From an uncultured delta proteobacterium (lineage in GTDB: Bacteria > Desulfobacterota > Binatia > UBA9968), in contig CAVYTU010000013.1 in the NCBI GenBank assembly GCA_963771465.1, positions 96,001 to 160,000 on the forward strand: a stretch of 64,000 nucleotides of DNA, read 5' to 3'. The translations under genes and the position numbers were made by a program. The notes beneath the pieces were generated by a model. The model was not told the origin of the DNA. It saw nothing but the letters and a program-made list of their open reading frames with translations, and did no database searches. This document shows, piece by piece, positions 20,591 to 30,289 of this stretch; the first letter of the stretch is position 1, and each line of letters opens with the position of its first letter.

Positions 20591-21364
20591 CTACTTGCCT
20601 TTGAATTCCGGTTTGCGCTTTTCGAGAAAGGCTTTCATGCCTTCAGTGCGATCTTCTGAGGCGAACAGCAGATAAAACGATTTGCGTTCAAACTCCAAGC
20701 CTTCGTCAAGCGCGCTGTTGGCCGCTTTGAGCACCGCTTCTTTGGCCGCTTTGATCGCCAGCTGTGGTTTGGCGGCGATTTTCTTGGCGATGTTTTTCGC
20801 TTCTTCGAGACAAAGCTCGCCGGGCACGACGCGATTGACCAAGCCGAGGCGTTCGGCATCGGCGGCGTTGAGCATGTCACCGGTCAGGACCAATTCCATG
20901 GCGCGATATTTACCCAGGACGTGAGTCAAGCGTTGGGTGCCGCCGCTGCCGGGGAGGATTCCTAAATTCACTTCTGGCTGGCCGAAGCGCGCCGATTCGG
21001 CCGCGACGATGATGTCACAGCTCATGGCGAGCTCACAACCGCCGCCTAGAGCGAAGCCGTTCACCGCCGCGATCACCGGTTTCGATATCTGGTTAATCTG
21101 GTCGCGATAGGCGAGCCGCTCTTGAATGCGTTCGTCGAACGGACCGCGCTCGGCCATTTCTTTGATATCGGCGCCGGCGGCGAAGACTTTTTCTCCGCCA
21201 GTGACGATGATCACGCGCACTTCTACGTCGTGATCGAGTTCCTGCATGGCCAGCGACAGGTCTTTAACTAGACCGTAGGAAAGCGCGTTGAGAGCTTGCG
21301 GGCGATTGAGCGTGACGACGGCGACGGCGCCGTCTTTTTCGACGATAACGTTATCAAAGTCCAT
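20591..21364 (-). CDS. paaF: Enoyl-CoA hydratase (PaaF-like)
   Basis: [34 protein letters not shown]. Confidence 0.85.
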   Translation of the reverse strand: MDFDNVIVEKDGAVAVVTLNRPQALNALSYGLVKDLSLAMQELDHDVEVRVIIVTGGEKVFAAGADIKEMAERGPFDERIQERLAYRDQINQISKPVIAAVNGFALGGGCELAMSCDIIVAAESARFGQPEVNLGILPGSGGTQRLTHVLGKYRAMELVLTGDMLNAADAERLGLVNRVVPGELCLEEAKNIAKKIAAKPQLAIKAAKEAVLKAANSALDEGLEFERKSFYLLFASEDRTEGMKAFLEKRKPEFKGK

Positions 21365-21531
21365 GGTGATTGAGCTTTAAGACATACACCATGGTAGAGG
21401 GCGATTCAAGAAATGCGCCGCTGCGTGGATGCTACTGACAAAGCGGGTTTTCACATTTTCTGGCGCCGTGCCGCGCCTTAGCGCGCCGCCGTTTGACACC
21501 CTGGAGTCGATTTGTAACTATCCTGCCATCC

Positions 21532-22215
21532 ATGTCCAACCGTCTCGAACCTGCAACGCGGCACTACGACGAAAAGCTGCAACAGATTCTTAAAACCTCG
21601 GCGAAAATTTTCGCTGAAAAGGGATTTCATCACACCTCGGTGCGCGACATCGCGCGCACGACCAAGATGAGTTTGTCGGGCTTGTACTACTATTTCACGA
21701 CCAAGGAAGAACTGCTCTATCTGATCCAGGAACGCTGCTTCATGACCCTGTTGCAGCGCTGGGAACAAAGCGGCTCGCCGGACTTGGATGTGCGCGCGCG
21801 CATCCGCGCCTTTGCGGAGAATCATCTGAGTTTTTTTCTTCATAACATGCCCGAAATGAAAGTGATGGCCCATGAAGATGAGTCGCTAACCCGCGAGTTT
21901 GATGACAAAATCCTCGTGCTGAAGCGCCGCTACGTCAAAGTGATCATGGACCTGATCGGCGAGCTGCAAGAGCAGGACGGCGCCAAGGGTGTCGATCTGC
22001 GCTTGGCGACATTCTCGCTGTTCGGTATGATGAACTGGATCTATACCTGGTACCAACCCAAGCGCGATCTGCCGGTGGGGCAGCTGATCGATCAAATGTT
22101 GCGCGTGTATTTTTTCGGTTTGCTCAACGCGGGCAATTCCGATGAAGGCTGGTTCACGGCGCGCGCAACGGCGAATCAGAAGGACGCTTATTCACTGTGG
22201 CAGAATAGACGTTGA
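21532..22215 (+). CDS. TetR family regulator (KstR2/PaaR-like), divergent from the paa-like operon
   Basis: FAEKGFHHTSVRDIA...LYYYF.TKEELL HTH; MMNWIYTWY. Confidence 0.9.
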   Translation: MSNRLEPATRHYDEKLQQILKTSAKIFAEKGFHHTSVRDIARTTKMSLSGLYYYFTTKEELLYLIQERCFMTLLQRWEQSGSPDLDVRARIRAFAENHLSFFLHNMPEMKVMAHEDESLTREFDDKILVLKRRYVKVIMDLIGELQEQDGAKGVDLRLATFSLFGMMNWIYTWYQPKRDLPVGQLIDQMLRVYFFGLLNAGNSDEGWFTARATANQKDAYSLWQNRR

Positions 22216-22335
22216 GCCGAGCAGGCGATAGTTAAAAGGTAAAATCAAGGGGCCTGGAACTGGTTGGTCTCCGAAGGATTTTCCTTTTTCCAGTTGCCTT
22301 TAGAATGGGTCGGTTCAAGTTCAATGGGAGTTGTT

Positions 22336-22869
22336 ATGAGTCTTTTACGCATCGGCGATCTGGCGCCGGAGTTTAAAGTCAAAGGAATCTTGCGCGGACA
22401 AGTCGCCGACTATTCACTGGCCGGATACAAGGGCAAATGGCTGGTGCTGTTTTTCTATCCGGCCGATTTCACTTTCATTTGCCCGACGGAAGTCACCGGC
22501 TTCAGTAAAATGGCCAAGGATTTTGCCGCCGAAGGCGCCGCGATTCTCGGCGTCAGTGTCGACTCCATCGACAGCCACCAGTCGTGGGCCGAAGAGTTAG
22601 GTGGTTTGGAATACCCGTTGCTGAGCGACGAAGCGAAAACACTTAGCCGTGCTTACGGTGTGCTCGATGAGAAAGAAGGCGTGGCGTCGCGCGCGACTTT
22701 TATCATCAATCCCGCCGGCGTTATTTTCTATCAGGTGGTCAGTCACGTCAACGTCGGCAGGAGCGTGGAAGAAACGTTGCGCGTTCTAAAAGCGCTGCGC
22801 ACCGAGCGGCTCTGTCCGTCCGATTGGAAACCAGGCGAGGCGACGGGAGATTTGGCGCTAAAATATTAG
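22336..22869 (+). CDS. ahpC: 2-Cys peroxiredoxin (AhpC-type)
   Basis: FYPADFTFICPTE and resolving LCPSDWKPG. Confidence 0.9.
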   Translation: MSLLRIGDLAPEFKVKGILRGQVADYSLAGYKGKWLVLFFYPADFTFICPTEVTGFSKMAKDFAAEGAAILGVSVDSIDSHQSWAEELGGLEYPLLSDEAKTLSRAYGVLDEKEGVASRATFIINPAGVIFYQVVSHVNVGRSVEETLRVLKALRTERLCPSDWKPGEATGDLALKY

Positions 22870-22870
22870 A

Positions 22871-22960
22871 ACAATGGAAAATGGATAATGGATAATTTCG
22901 GATTTCGAGAGCGCCGTGCTTGTTCCTCAATTTTCAATTATCCATTTCCCATTATCAATT
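22871..22960. repeat. Intergenic 7-mer tandem repeat arranged as an inverted pair
   Basis: AATGGAA/AATGGAT x3, then the complementary ATTATCC/ATTTCCC/ATTATCA run. Confidence 0.7.
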
Positions 22961-22965
22961 GATCT

Positions 22966-23694
22966 ATGTCCCTCGACACCATCCAGCAAAAAAAGCAGGT
23001 TATCGAAAGCCGCGCGCGCATCCGCGAGTTCGTCTTCGGCATTCAAGACGGCTTGATCAGCACCGTCGGGCTGCTCGCCGGCATCCAGGGCGCTACAGAA
23101 AACAATCTCGTCGTGATCGTGACCGGCTTGACCGCAATGTTTTCCGGCGCGATCTCGATGGCTACGGGATCCTATCTCTCGTCCGGCGCGCAGAAAGATA
23201 TTTTCGACAAAGAGATCGCCGATGCCGAGAAGCTCGCCACGAGCGAACCTTATCTCGCCGCTGAGGGACTGCTGAAAGCGCTCGGTGACGAGGGACTGAG
23301 CAAGGAACAAAGTTATCGCATGGTGAAGGTGTTGTTGCTCGAACGCAACGTGTTTTTGCGCACGTTCCAAGAAAAAGTTTTCGGTCTGGGCAGCGCCGAA
23401 ATCAATCAGCCGCTCAAGGCCGCGTCGGTGATGGGTTTGTCTTTCATTATCGGCGCGGTCATTCCGCTCCTTCCTTATATCGCGATGGCCGGTGTGCCAG
23501 CGCTTTATGTATCGGCGCTCTTAAGCGCGCTGACCTTGTTTGTCGTCGGCGCGTTCAAAGGTCATCTTGCCGGCCAGTCGTGGTTGGTTTCCGGTGGTAA
23601 ATTTTTCGTGATCGCCGTCAGTGCGACAGGATTGGGATACCTGATTGGTCTCGTTGTGCAGTGGTTCTTTCCGGGGATCTCGATCCCGGCTTAG
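22966..23694 (+). CDS. VIT1/CCC1 family Fe/Mn transporter
   Basis: REFVFGIQDGL, GAISMATGSYLS, GAVIPLLPY. Confidence 0.9.
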   Translation: MSLDTIQQKKQVIESRARIREFVFGIQDGLISTVGLLAGIQGATENNLVVIVTGLTAMFSGAISMATGSYLSSGAQKDIFDKEIADAEKLATSEPYLAAEGLLKALGDEGLSKEQSYRMVKVLLLERNVFLRTFQEKVFGLGSAEINQPLKAASVMGLSFIIGAVIPLLPYIAMAGVPALYVSALLSALTLFVVGAFKGHLAGQSWLVSGGKFFVIAVSATGLGYLIGLVVQWFFPGISIPA

Positions 23695-23697
23695 ATT

Positions 23698-23742
23698 CAA
23701 ACCCTCACCCTTCCCTTTGCCATCGGAATGAGCGAGGGTAAG
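23698..23742. repeat. REP-like palindrome between convergent genes
   Basis: ACCCTCACCC...GCGAGGGT; same family as 45083-45178. Confidence 0.5.
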
Positions 23743-23747
23743 ATTCG

Positions 23748-24623
23748 TTAGACTGCGATAAGACTTCGCAGCAGCGTCAGATTCTCGCGGTCTTCTTTGA
23801 GATCCGGCCCCTTCGGCGTCTCCAAACACATCGGCAGGCCCCAAAAGCGTTGGTCGTTCATCAGCAGGCGAAAGGCTTCGACTCCGATAAAGCCTTTGCC
23901 AATATGCTCGTGGCGGTCGACCCGGGAGTGAAATTCTTTTTTCGAATCGTTGAGGTGGAACGCCGCCAGCAGGCTGATGCCGATGGCTTCGTCGAATTCG
24001 CTGAAGGTTCTTTCGTAGCCTTCTTGGGTTCGCAGATCGTAACCGGCGGCGAAGGCGTGCTCGGTGTCGAAACAGACGCGAAGACGATCACAGTCTTTGG
24101 TCGCGTCGATCATGGCGCTGATCTGCTCGAAGCGGTAGCCGAGATTCGAACCCTGGCCGGCGGTGACTTCCAGTGTGACTTTGACGATGAATTTCGGGCA
24201 AGCTTTGTGGATTTCATCCAACGATTTGGCGATGGTCTTGATTCCTGCCAACTCGCCGGCGCCGACGTGGGCGCCGGGATGAGCGATCAGATTCGACACG
24301 CCGAGAACTTCGCAGCGCTCCATTTCGTCGATGAACGCGGCAACCGAGCGCTGGCGCAATGCCGCGTCGGGGGAGCCGAGATTGAGCAAATAGGAGTCGT
24401 GGGCGACCACCGACGTGATGCCGGTTTCTTTGCGGTTGGCGTGGAACTGGGCAATCTCGTCTTTGTCCAACGGTTTTGACGCCCACTGGCGCGACGACTT
24501 GGTAAAAATCTGAATCGCCTCGCAGTCGACCTTCCGGCCTTCAAGAAAGGCGTTGCCGACGCCACCGGCGATGGACATGTGAGCGCCCAATAATGGGCCT
24601 CGTGGAGTGTTTGTGGTCTTCAT
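23748..24623 (-). CDS. nfo: Endonuclease IV
   Basis: GAHMSIAGG, HDSYLLNL, HPGAH, HLNDSK, DRHEHIGKG, LETP. Confidence 0.95.
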   Translation of the reverse strand: MKTTNTPRGPLLGAHMSIAGGVGNAFLEGRKVDCEAIQIFTKSSRQWASKPLDKDEIAQFHANRKETGITSVVAHDSYLLNLGSPDAALRQRSVAAFIDEMERCEVLGVSNLIAHPGAHVGAGELAGIKTIAKSLDEIHKACPKFIVKVTLEVTAGQGSNLGYRFEQISAMIDATKDCDRLRVCFDTEHAFAAGYDLRTQEGYERTFSEFDEAIGISLLAAFHLNDSKKEFHSRVDRHEHIGKGFIGVEAFRLLMNDQRFWGLPMCLETPKGPDLKEDRENLTLLRSLIAV

Positions 24624-24629
24624 AACATT

Positions 24630-24725
24630 TTGAACGGCTTGAACGATTTGAACCTTTTGAACGAATTAAAACCGCGGCATTTGGTTTAAGCCGTTAAAGT
24701 CGTTCAAAACGTTCAAGTCGTGTTC
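24630..24725. repeat. Intergenic 9-mer tandem repeat with inverted copy
   Basis: TTGAACnnn x4 followed by nnCGTTCAA-like units x3-4. Confidence 0.7.
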
Positions 24726-24727
24726 GG

Positions 24728-26338
24728 TCATCGGATGAAGTGTCTTTTTTCCACCAGCGGTAAAGAAATACTGCCGGCGCTTAAGAGTTTGTCGTGGAAT
24801 TCGCACAAGCTAAACTTGCTGCCCAGTCGTTGCCGTTCTTGGTCGCGTAGGCGGTTGATGATCGACCAGCCGAGCGCATAGCCCATCGGCACCGACGGTG
24901 ACTGGCTGTACCAGTTGAGATCGCCGCAGGCCTGTTCGCGGGGAAAATGCAGCTCGCGCACCATCCGGTCGGCGGCTTCATCGTAGGTCATTTTGCCGGT
25001 TTGGGTTTTTACGTCGATGATGATTCGCAGCGCGCGCCACAGGCGGTCTTTGAGCATGACGAAGCGGTGCTCTTGGGACTGTAAGAAGCCTTGCTCCTGC
25101 ATGAGCTGCTCGCAGTAAAGTGCCCAGCCTTCGTAAAACACGGAAGACTCGTTCATGAGACGCGGCAGAGTTGCCGCCGCCGGCGTGCCGTTGGCGATGG
25201 AAAACTGTAAATGGTGGCCGGGATAGCTTTCGTGTACCGAGGTATTCTCCAATCCGACGAAGTTGTGCTCGCGCAGCAAATCGTCGTTGGTTACCGGCGT
25301 GACGTAATAGTAGCCGACTTGGTCAGGGTCTTTCGGCGACGGCGAAAGATAAGCCGCGAACGGAATTTCGTGGCGGCGGAATACCGGCGTGTGGACGACA
25401 TGGAGTTCTTCTTTGGCTGGAAATGTCACCAGCCGCTTTTCCCGGACAAAGTCGCGCGCCGCTTTCATCGCTCGGTCATAGACCGACAAGACTTGATCGC
25501 TCGACGGATGGTTTTCCTGAATGCTCTTGGCAACCGCTTCGACGCTCTGGCCCGGCGCCAATTCTTCAGCGAGGGTTTCCAGCTCAAGCTTAGTCTTGGC
25601 GAAAAGATTTTCTCCCAGGGCGAGGAGACTCTGGGCGTCGTGATCGAGAAAGTGTTTTTTCTTTAGCAGCAGGTTGAAATGCTCTTCGCCGACGGCGTAG
25701 ACGCCGCGGCTGCGGGGCAGGAGATGCTGTTCGAGAAATGACGCGAAGTCATTGATCGCGCTCTTGGCTCTCCCAATCGCTGTGCCGAGGGTAATCGCGT
25801 CGATTGTCGCGGCTTGGACTTTGGGATGGTCCGCCAGGCTGTCGAGAAAAGCGATGCCGCCCTTGGCGCCTTCAAGCGCATTCTCCGTCCAAAGCTTGGG
25901 CGGATTGGCTGCTTTACGGTTTAGATTGGTGATGCCCTGTTGCATCAGCGCCGGTGTGCGATTCAAACGGCTCAGGAGATTGCCGGCGAGATCGTTGGTC
26001 GCGCGCACCGTGAGAATGTAGATCGCGTCGATGGGCGAGTAGGTATCCGGCTGCTTGAGGCGGTAGTCTTCCTTGGCGTGTTCGTATTGCTGAATCGTCA
26101 GTCTGCCTTCGAGCAAGGCGTAATCGATGGCTTCGTCCGCGGTCAAATCCGCGGTCGGAATTTGCCGCAGTTTGCGCAGCGATTCCCGCACGAAGATGGT
26201 TTCCGCTTTGTAGCTCTTGTCGGAATAATCGTTGAGCAGGTGGTCATAGCCGGCGATGCCATAATAGATAGCGTCGGTCGGGTGCAGGTCGAAGTATGAT
26301 TTGAAATAGCTTGCGCAAAATTCGCTGAACTCGGACAT
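24728..26338 (-). CDS. DUF885 family protein (putative metallopeptidase)
   Basis: HESYPGHHLQ, EGWALYCE, RALRIIID. Confidence 0.88.
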   Translation of the reverse strand: MSEFSEFCASYFKSYFDLHPTDAIYYGIAGYDHLLNDYSDKSYKAETIFVRESLRKLRQIPTADLTADEAIDYALLEGRLTIQQYEHAKEDYRLKQPDTYSPIDAIYILTVRATNDLAGNLLSRLNRTPALMQQGITNLNRKAANPPKLWTENALEGAKGGIAFLDSLADHPKVQAATIDAITLGTAIGRAKSAINDFASFLEQHLLPRSRGVYAVGEEHFNLLLKKKHFLDHDAQSLLALGENLFAKTKLELETLAEELAPGQSVEAVAKSIQENHPSSDQVLSVYDRAMKAARDFVREKRLVTFPAKEELHVVHTPVFRRHEIPFAAYLSPSPKDPDQVGYYYVTPVTNDDLLREHNFVGLENTSVHESYPGHHLQFSIANGTPAAATLPRLMNESSVFYEGWALYCEQLMQEQGFLQSQEHRFVMLKDRLWRALRIIIDVKTQTGKMTYDEAADRMVRELHFPREQACGDLNWYSQSPSVPMGYALGWSIINRLRDQERQRLGSKFSLCEFHDKLLSAGSISLPLVEKRHFIR

Positions 26339-26407
26339 GCCAGTGAGATATCACCTAAATCACTAGCGCGCAATTTTTCACTGACGCGGCTCGGCGAAGC
26401 GCGGGTT

Positions 26408-27187
26408 TTATCGTCGGACTTGCGCGGGACGGTCCAAGACGACGTTGGTGATCGCCGGGGAGTTTTCCAGAACGATCAAGGCATCGACGCCGACGCGCAG
26501 CGCGATGCCGGGAATCTTGCCGTAGAGCCGCACGACTTTGTAGCGTGTGCCGGCCAATTCGGCGAGCACGTAACTCTGCGCGCTGTGGATCGCGTGACGT
26601 TGCAACGCCCAGAGTTCTTCGCTCAAGCCGTCTTCGTGCTGCCAAGGGGTTCGCAACCCCGCGAGCACGAGCACCGTGCCGTCGCGCGTCGCACGGGTGA
26701 AAAGTGTGGACGGCACCTTTTCGCTGCTGCCGAGGTCGGCCGTGGCGGCGCGCGGCAAAGCGATCGGTTTCGGCGCCGGGATCGCGCTGCCGGAAGGGCG
26801 GTCGAGCAAGACATTGGTCACGATCGGCAGGCGCGCCAATTCGGCCAACGCGTCGGCGCCGACTTCCAATGCGATGCCCGGAATTTCCTGATAGCGGCGC
26901 ACGAGTCGGTATTTTCTGCCGTCCAAATGATTCAGCAGATCGCCTTGAATCGATGCGATGGCGCTGCGCTGCGTGCGCAGGGCTTCATCGCTGAGCCGCG
27001 ATTCCAGCCGCCACGGAACGTTCAAACCAACCAACACTAACGCCGTGCCCTGGACGGCCGTCTGATCGATCACTTCGCGGGAAATCTTACCGGCGCTCTG
27101 TGCTAGCGCGACGGTGGCAACAAGAAGCAGTAGCCCGGTGTGGCAGGTCGTTCTCAACAACCGCTGACTCCGAATCGGGTGGATCAT
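26408..27187 (-). CDS. Secreted protein with two tandem subtilase-propeptide (I9-like) domains and no protease domain
   Basis: Signal peptide, then two ~85-aa repeats (GT.LVL.GL..PW..E..LS.E....QR.AI.S.Q...Y..VR.Y..IPGIAL.VG.DAL..L...P..TNV.LDRP). Confidence 0.6.
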   Translation of the reverse strand: MIHPIRSQRLLRTTCHTGLLLLVATVALAQSAGKISREVIDQTAVQGTALVLVGLNVPWRLESRLSDEALRTQRSAIASIQGDLLNHLDGRKYRLVRRYQEIPGIALEVGADALAELARLPIVTNVLLDRPSGSAIPAPKPIALPRAATADLGSSEKVPSTLFTRATRDGTVLVLAGLRTPWQHEDGLSEELWALQRHAIHSAQSYVLAELAGTRYKVVRLYGKIPGIALRVGVDALIVLENSPAITNVVLDRPAQVRR

Positions 27188-27390
27188 AAATATGCTCCAT
27201 CGGAATGAAGGTTCGCCCAGGTTACAGGATGAGCAGCAAGAAGCTCTGCCTTGAAAGAATACTATACCGGTTTGAGCCTGCCTGTCGAGCCGGTGTATCG
27301 TGACGCGCGTCATGGGGCGCGAAACAAAATGTTTGACCGGTCTCGGCGGAGAGGATATTCCTACAGTCAAAGTCAAAGGAAGAATTGTCC

Positions 27391-28677
27391 ATGGAACTGG
27401 AATTGCTCGATTACTCGATTGACGAATTGCGCTGGGCTGATCGGACTTCGCTGATAGGGAAATCGCTGACCGTCGCCGCGGCCGATCTTGAGGGATTACT
27501 GAAAGAGCTGAGCCATGGTATTCGCGTTGACTACGAGCTCGTCCGTCCCGGCGAATCGACACGCATCGTGCATGTCTTGGACACGGTGCTGCCGATCGCG
27601 AAGCTGTCGGACTCCGTTAAGGCATTCCCTGGTTTTGACGGTCCGGCGCAATTGGTTGGCAGCGGAAAAACGGTTCGTATCAAAAATCTTTTGGTGACGG
27701 TTGCCGGGCGTTTTCCCGACTATGACACGTTGACACCGATCGAAAAGCCGCGTGAAGGGATCATCGACATGGCCGGCATCGGCGCGCCCTATTGTTACGG
27801 CTCGGATTATTTTCATTTGGTGCTTACGCTCTCGCCGGATCAAACCGTGTCCAACGCCGCTTTCGATCACGCGCTGCGAATGATGAGTCTGCGCTGTGCT
27901 GGTTTTCTCGCGGCCGTGGCGAAAACCGAGTGTGAGCCAGAAAAGCGTTTGATCAAGCTACCGATGGTTAATGACGCTCTACCCAAAGTCGCGCTGGTTT
28001 ATCAGGTGCAGAGCCAGCTTTGTTGTGCGCGCACGTTTTACTATGGCGAAGAGATTTCGAAGACGCTGCCGACGTTCATCCATCCGGCGGAGTTTTTCGA
28101 CGGCGCGGTGGTGAGCGGTAATTTTAAAAGCGAGCGTAAGATCGCCACATCCGTGCATTGCGATAATCCATTTGTCACCGAGCTCCTCGGGCGGCACGGC
28201 AAGAGTTTAAATTTTCTTGGCGTGATTCTGTCGCGCGGTTACAACGACAGCTTCGAACAGAAAAAGAAGCAGGGATTGTGGGTGGCGCGTTTGGCGCGCA
28301 ACCTCGGCGCCGATGGCGTCGTCGCATTCATGGAAGGAACCGGCAACGGTACCGTCGATTTCATGCAAACGGTCAAGGCGTGCGAAGACGAAGGCATCAA
28401 AACTGCGGCTGTGCTGCACGAATCCAACGGGCCCAGGGGTTACGAACGGCCGCTGGTGGATCATCCTACCGAAGCGGACGGCATGATCAGCCGAGGTAAT
28501 GTGTCGGAAAAAATACTGATCCCGCCATTGACCGTCGTAGTCGGTGGCACGGAGTTGGATTTACATCTGAAGGCGAAGCACAATCCACATCTGCCATTCC
28601 TATTCGACCCAACGATTTTTTTCGGCTCCTATGGCAAGATGGGCGTCAGCGGCTTTCGCGCGGAGTATGAGAACTAG
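27391..28677 (+). CDS. Glycine/sarcosine/betaine reductase component B proprotein (GrdE/GrdG/GrdI-like)
   Basis: VRPGESTRI, REGIIDM.G.GA.Y, LPKVALVY, PTFIHPAE.FDGAVVSG, LGADG; directly upstream of grdB-like gene. Confidence 0.8.
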   Translation: MELELLDYSIDELRWADRTSLIGKSLTVAAADLEGLLKELSHGIRVDYELVRPGESTRIVHVLDTVLPIAKLSDSVKAFPGFDGPAQLVGSGKTVRIKNLLVTVAGRFPDYDTLTPIEKPREGIIDMAGIGAPYCYGSDYFHLVLTLSPDQTVSNAAFDHALRMMSLRCAGFLAAVAKTECEPEKRLIKLPMVNDALPKVALVYQVQSQLCCARTFYYGEEISKTLPTFIHPAEFFDGAVVSGNFKSERKIATSVHCDNPFVTELLGRHGKSLNFLGVILSRGYNDSFEQKKKQGLWVARLARNLGADGVVAFMEGTGNGTVDFMQTVKACEDEGIKTAAVLHESNGPRGYERPLVDHPTEADGMISRGNVSEKILIPPLTVVVGGTELDLHLKAKHNPHLPFLFDPTIFFGSYGKMGVSGFRAEYEN

Positions 28678-28778
28678 CTGAGGCTGGAGATGATTCCAAT
28701 TCGGACGGTTAGCGGCAAGGCTTGTCCTGAGCGAATGCGCAGGAACTGGAGCCACGCAAAGGATTAAGGAGACACACA

Positions 28779-30083
28779 ATGATCAAAGTGCTCCATTATT
28801 TGAATCAGTTTTTCGCCGGCATTGGCGGGGAAGAAGAGGCTGGACAGGAAGTGGTTTTCTTGCCCCGCGCTGTCGGCGTCGGTGTTGAGATCGAGAAGGC
28901 GCTCAAAGAGTATGGAGTCGAGTTCGCCACCGTCGCTTGCGGTGATAACTACTTTCACGAAGCGGAAGAAAAGGCGCTACATGCGATTCGCTCATCCATC
29001 GCACAATTCCACCCCGACCTATTTATCGCCGGCCCGGCGTTCAATGCCGGCAGATACGGTATCGCCTGCGCTAAAGTTTGCAGTTGGGTGCGCGACAACT
29101 GGCAGATCCCGGCGATCACGGCGCTGCACGAAAACAATCCCGGCATCCAAGAAATCGGCCGCCATGTTTTCGTCGTTCAAACCGGTGCTTCGACGGCGTC
29201 GATGGCGGAAACTCTGAAACGCATCACGCTGTTGACGAAGAAGCTCATTGCGGGCGATGCCAGCGGCGCGGCGAATTTCCGCGCTGAGTATTGCTTGCCC
29301 ATTGCACGGCGCTTCACGGTTAGAACGGACAAAGCGGACCACGTGCGCGCCGTCGATCTCTTGCTGGCTAAGCTCAATGGCGAAAGATATGAAAGCGAGA
29401 TTCCGCGGCTCGAGTCCGAGCGGCATTCAATTCCAAACTTGGCGGTTGACCTTAAGGATTCGACCATCGCGCTGGTCACTGAAGGAGGTCTGGTGCCGAA
29501 GGGAAATCCCGATCGGCTGGAGAGCTCGCGCGGCTCAAAATACTTCAAATATTCCATCGACGGGCGCAATGATTTTCGACGCGGTGAATTCGAAGCGATG
29601 CACACCGGCTACGACACGTCTACGGTTGACCAAGATCCCGATCGCATCGTGCCGCTCGACGCCATGCGCGTGCTGGAAAAGGCGCAACGATTCAAAAAAC
29701 TCCACGATCACTATTTCGTGACCACCGGCACCGGCGCCATGCCGAGCAAGATGGCGGAACTCGGCGGCGGTATCGCTGATGAGCTTGTCGGCGCCGGTAT
29801 CGACGCGGTGTTGTTGACTGCGACGTGAGGCACCGGCACGCGTAGCGGCGCTACGATCGCGAAGGAGATCGAGAAGAAGGGAATTCCCGTGGTGTTGATT
29901 ACCTGTCTATCCAACGTTGCCGCGCAAGTCGGCGTCGGCAGGATACTCGGTGGTAACAAATTTCACTACCCGCTGGGCCAGCCGGAGTTGCCGGCGGCGG
30001 AAGAATTACGCTGGCGCGTGGCGCTGATCGAGAAAGCGCTGGTCTCGTTGGAGACAGAGGTCAAAGAGCCGAAGATCGATTGA
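28779..30083 (+). CDS. grdB: Glycine/betaine/sarcosine reductase family selenoprotein B (Sec at TGA 29826-29828)
   Basis: HYLNQFFAGIGGEE, AGPAFNAGRYG, GLVPKGNPD. Readthrough gives LTAT-U-GTGTRSGATIAKEIEKKGIPVV, collinear with GrdB. Confidence 0.88.
29841..29855 (+). promoter_or_regulatory. SECIS-like hairpin for grdB
   Basis: CGTAGC-GGC-GCTACG, 12 nt after the TGA, with G-rich loop. Confidence 0.7.
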
Positions 30084-30157
30084 TGCTTGACGATTCAATC
30101 GCTGTGGGTCGATTCTCCGCAACTGGCTGCGTATTGTTAGTCGCTTATCCGAAGTGG

Positions 30158-30233
30158 GTCATTCCCGCATGCATTAAGCGGGAATCAACGCGGGTCCGGA
30201 CCTGGACCCCCGATAGGAACATTCGGGGATGAC
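30158..30233. repeat. REP/BIME-like palindromic element
   Basis: GTCATTCCCGC...GCGGGAAT and CCCCGA...TCGGGGATGAC nested stems. Confidence 0.65.
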
Positions 30234-30289
30234 GCCCTTAAGACGAATCTCATCGCCGAGCTAATACCCGCAGCTCGCTACGGGGTTGT

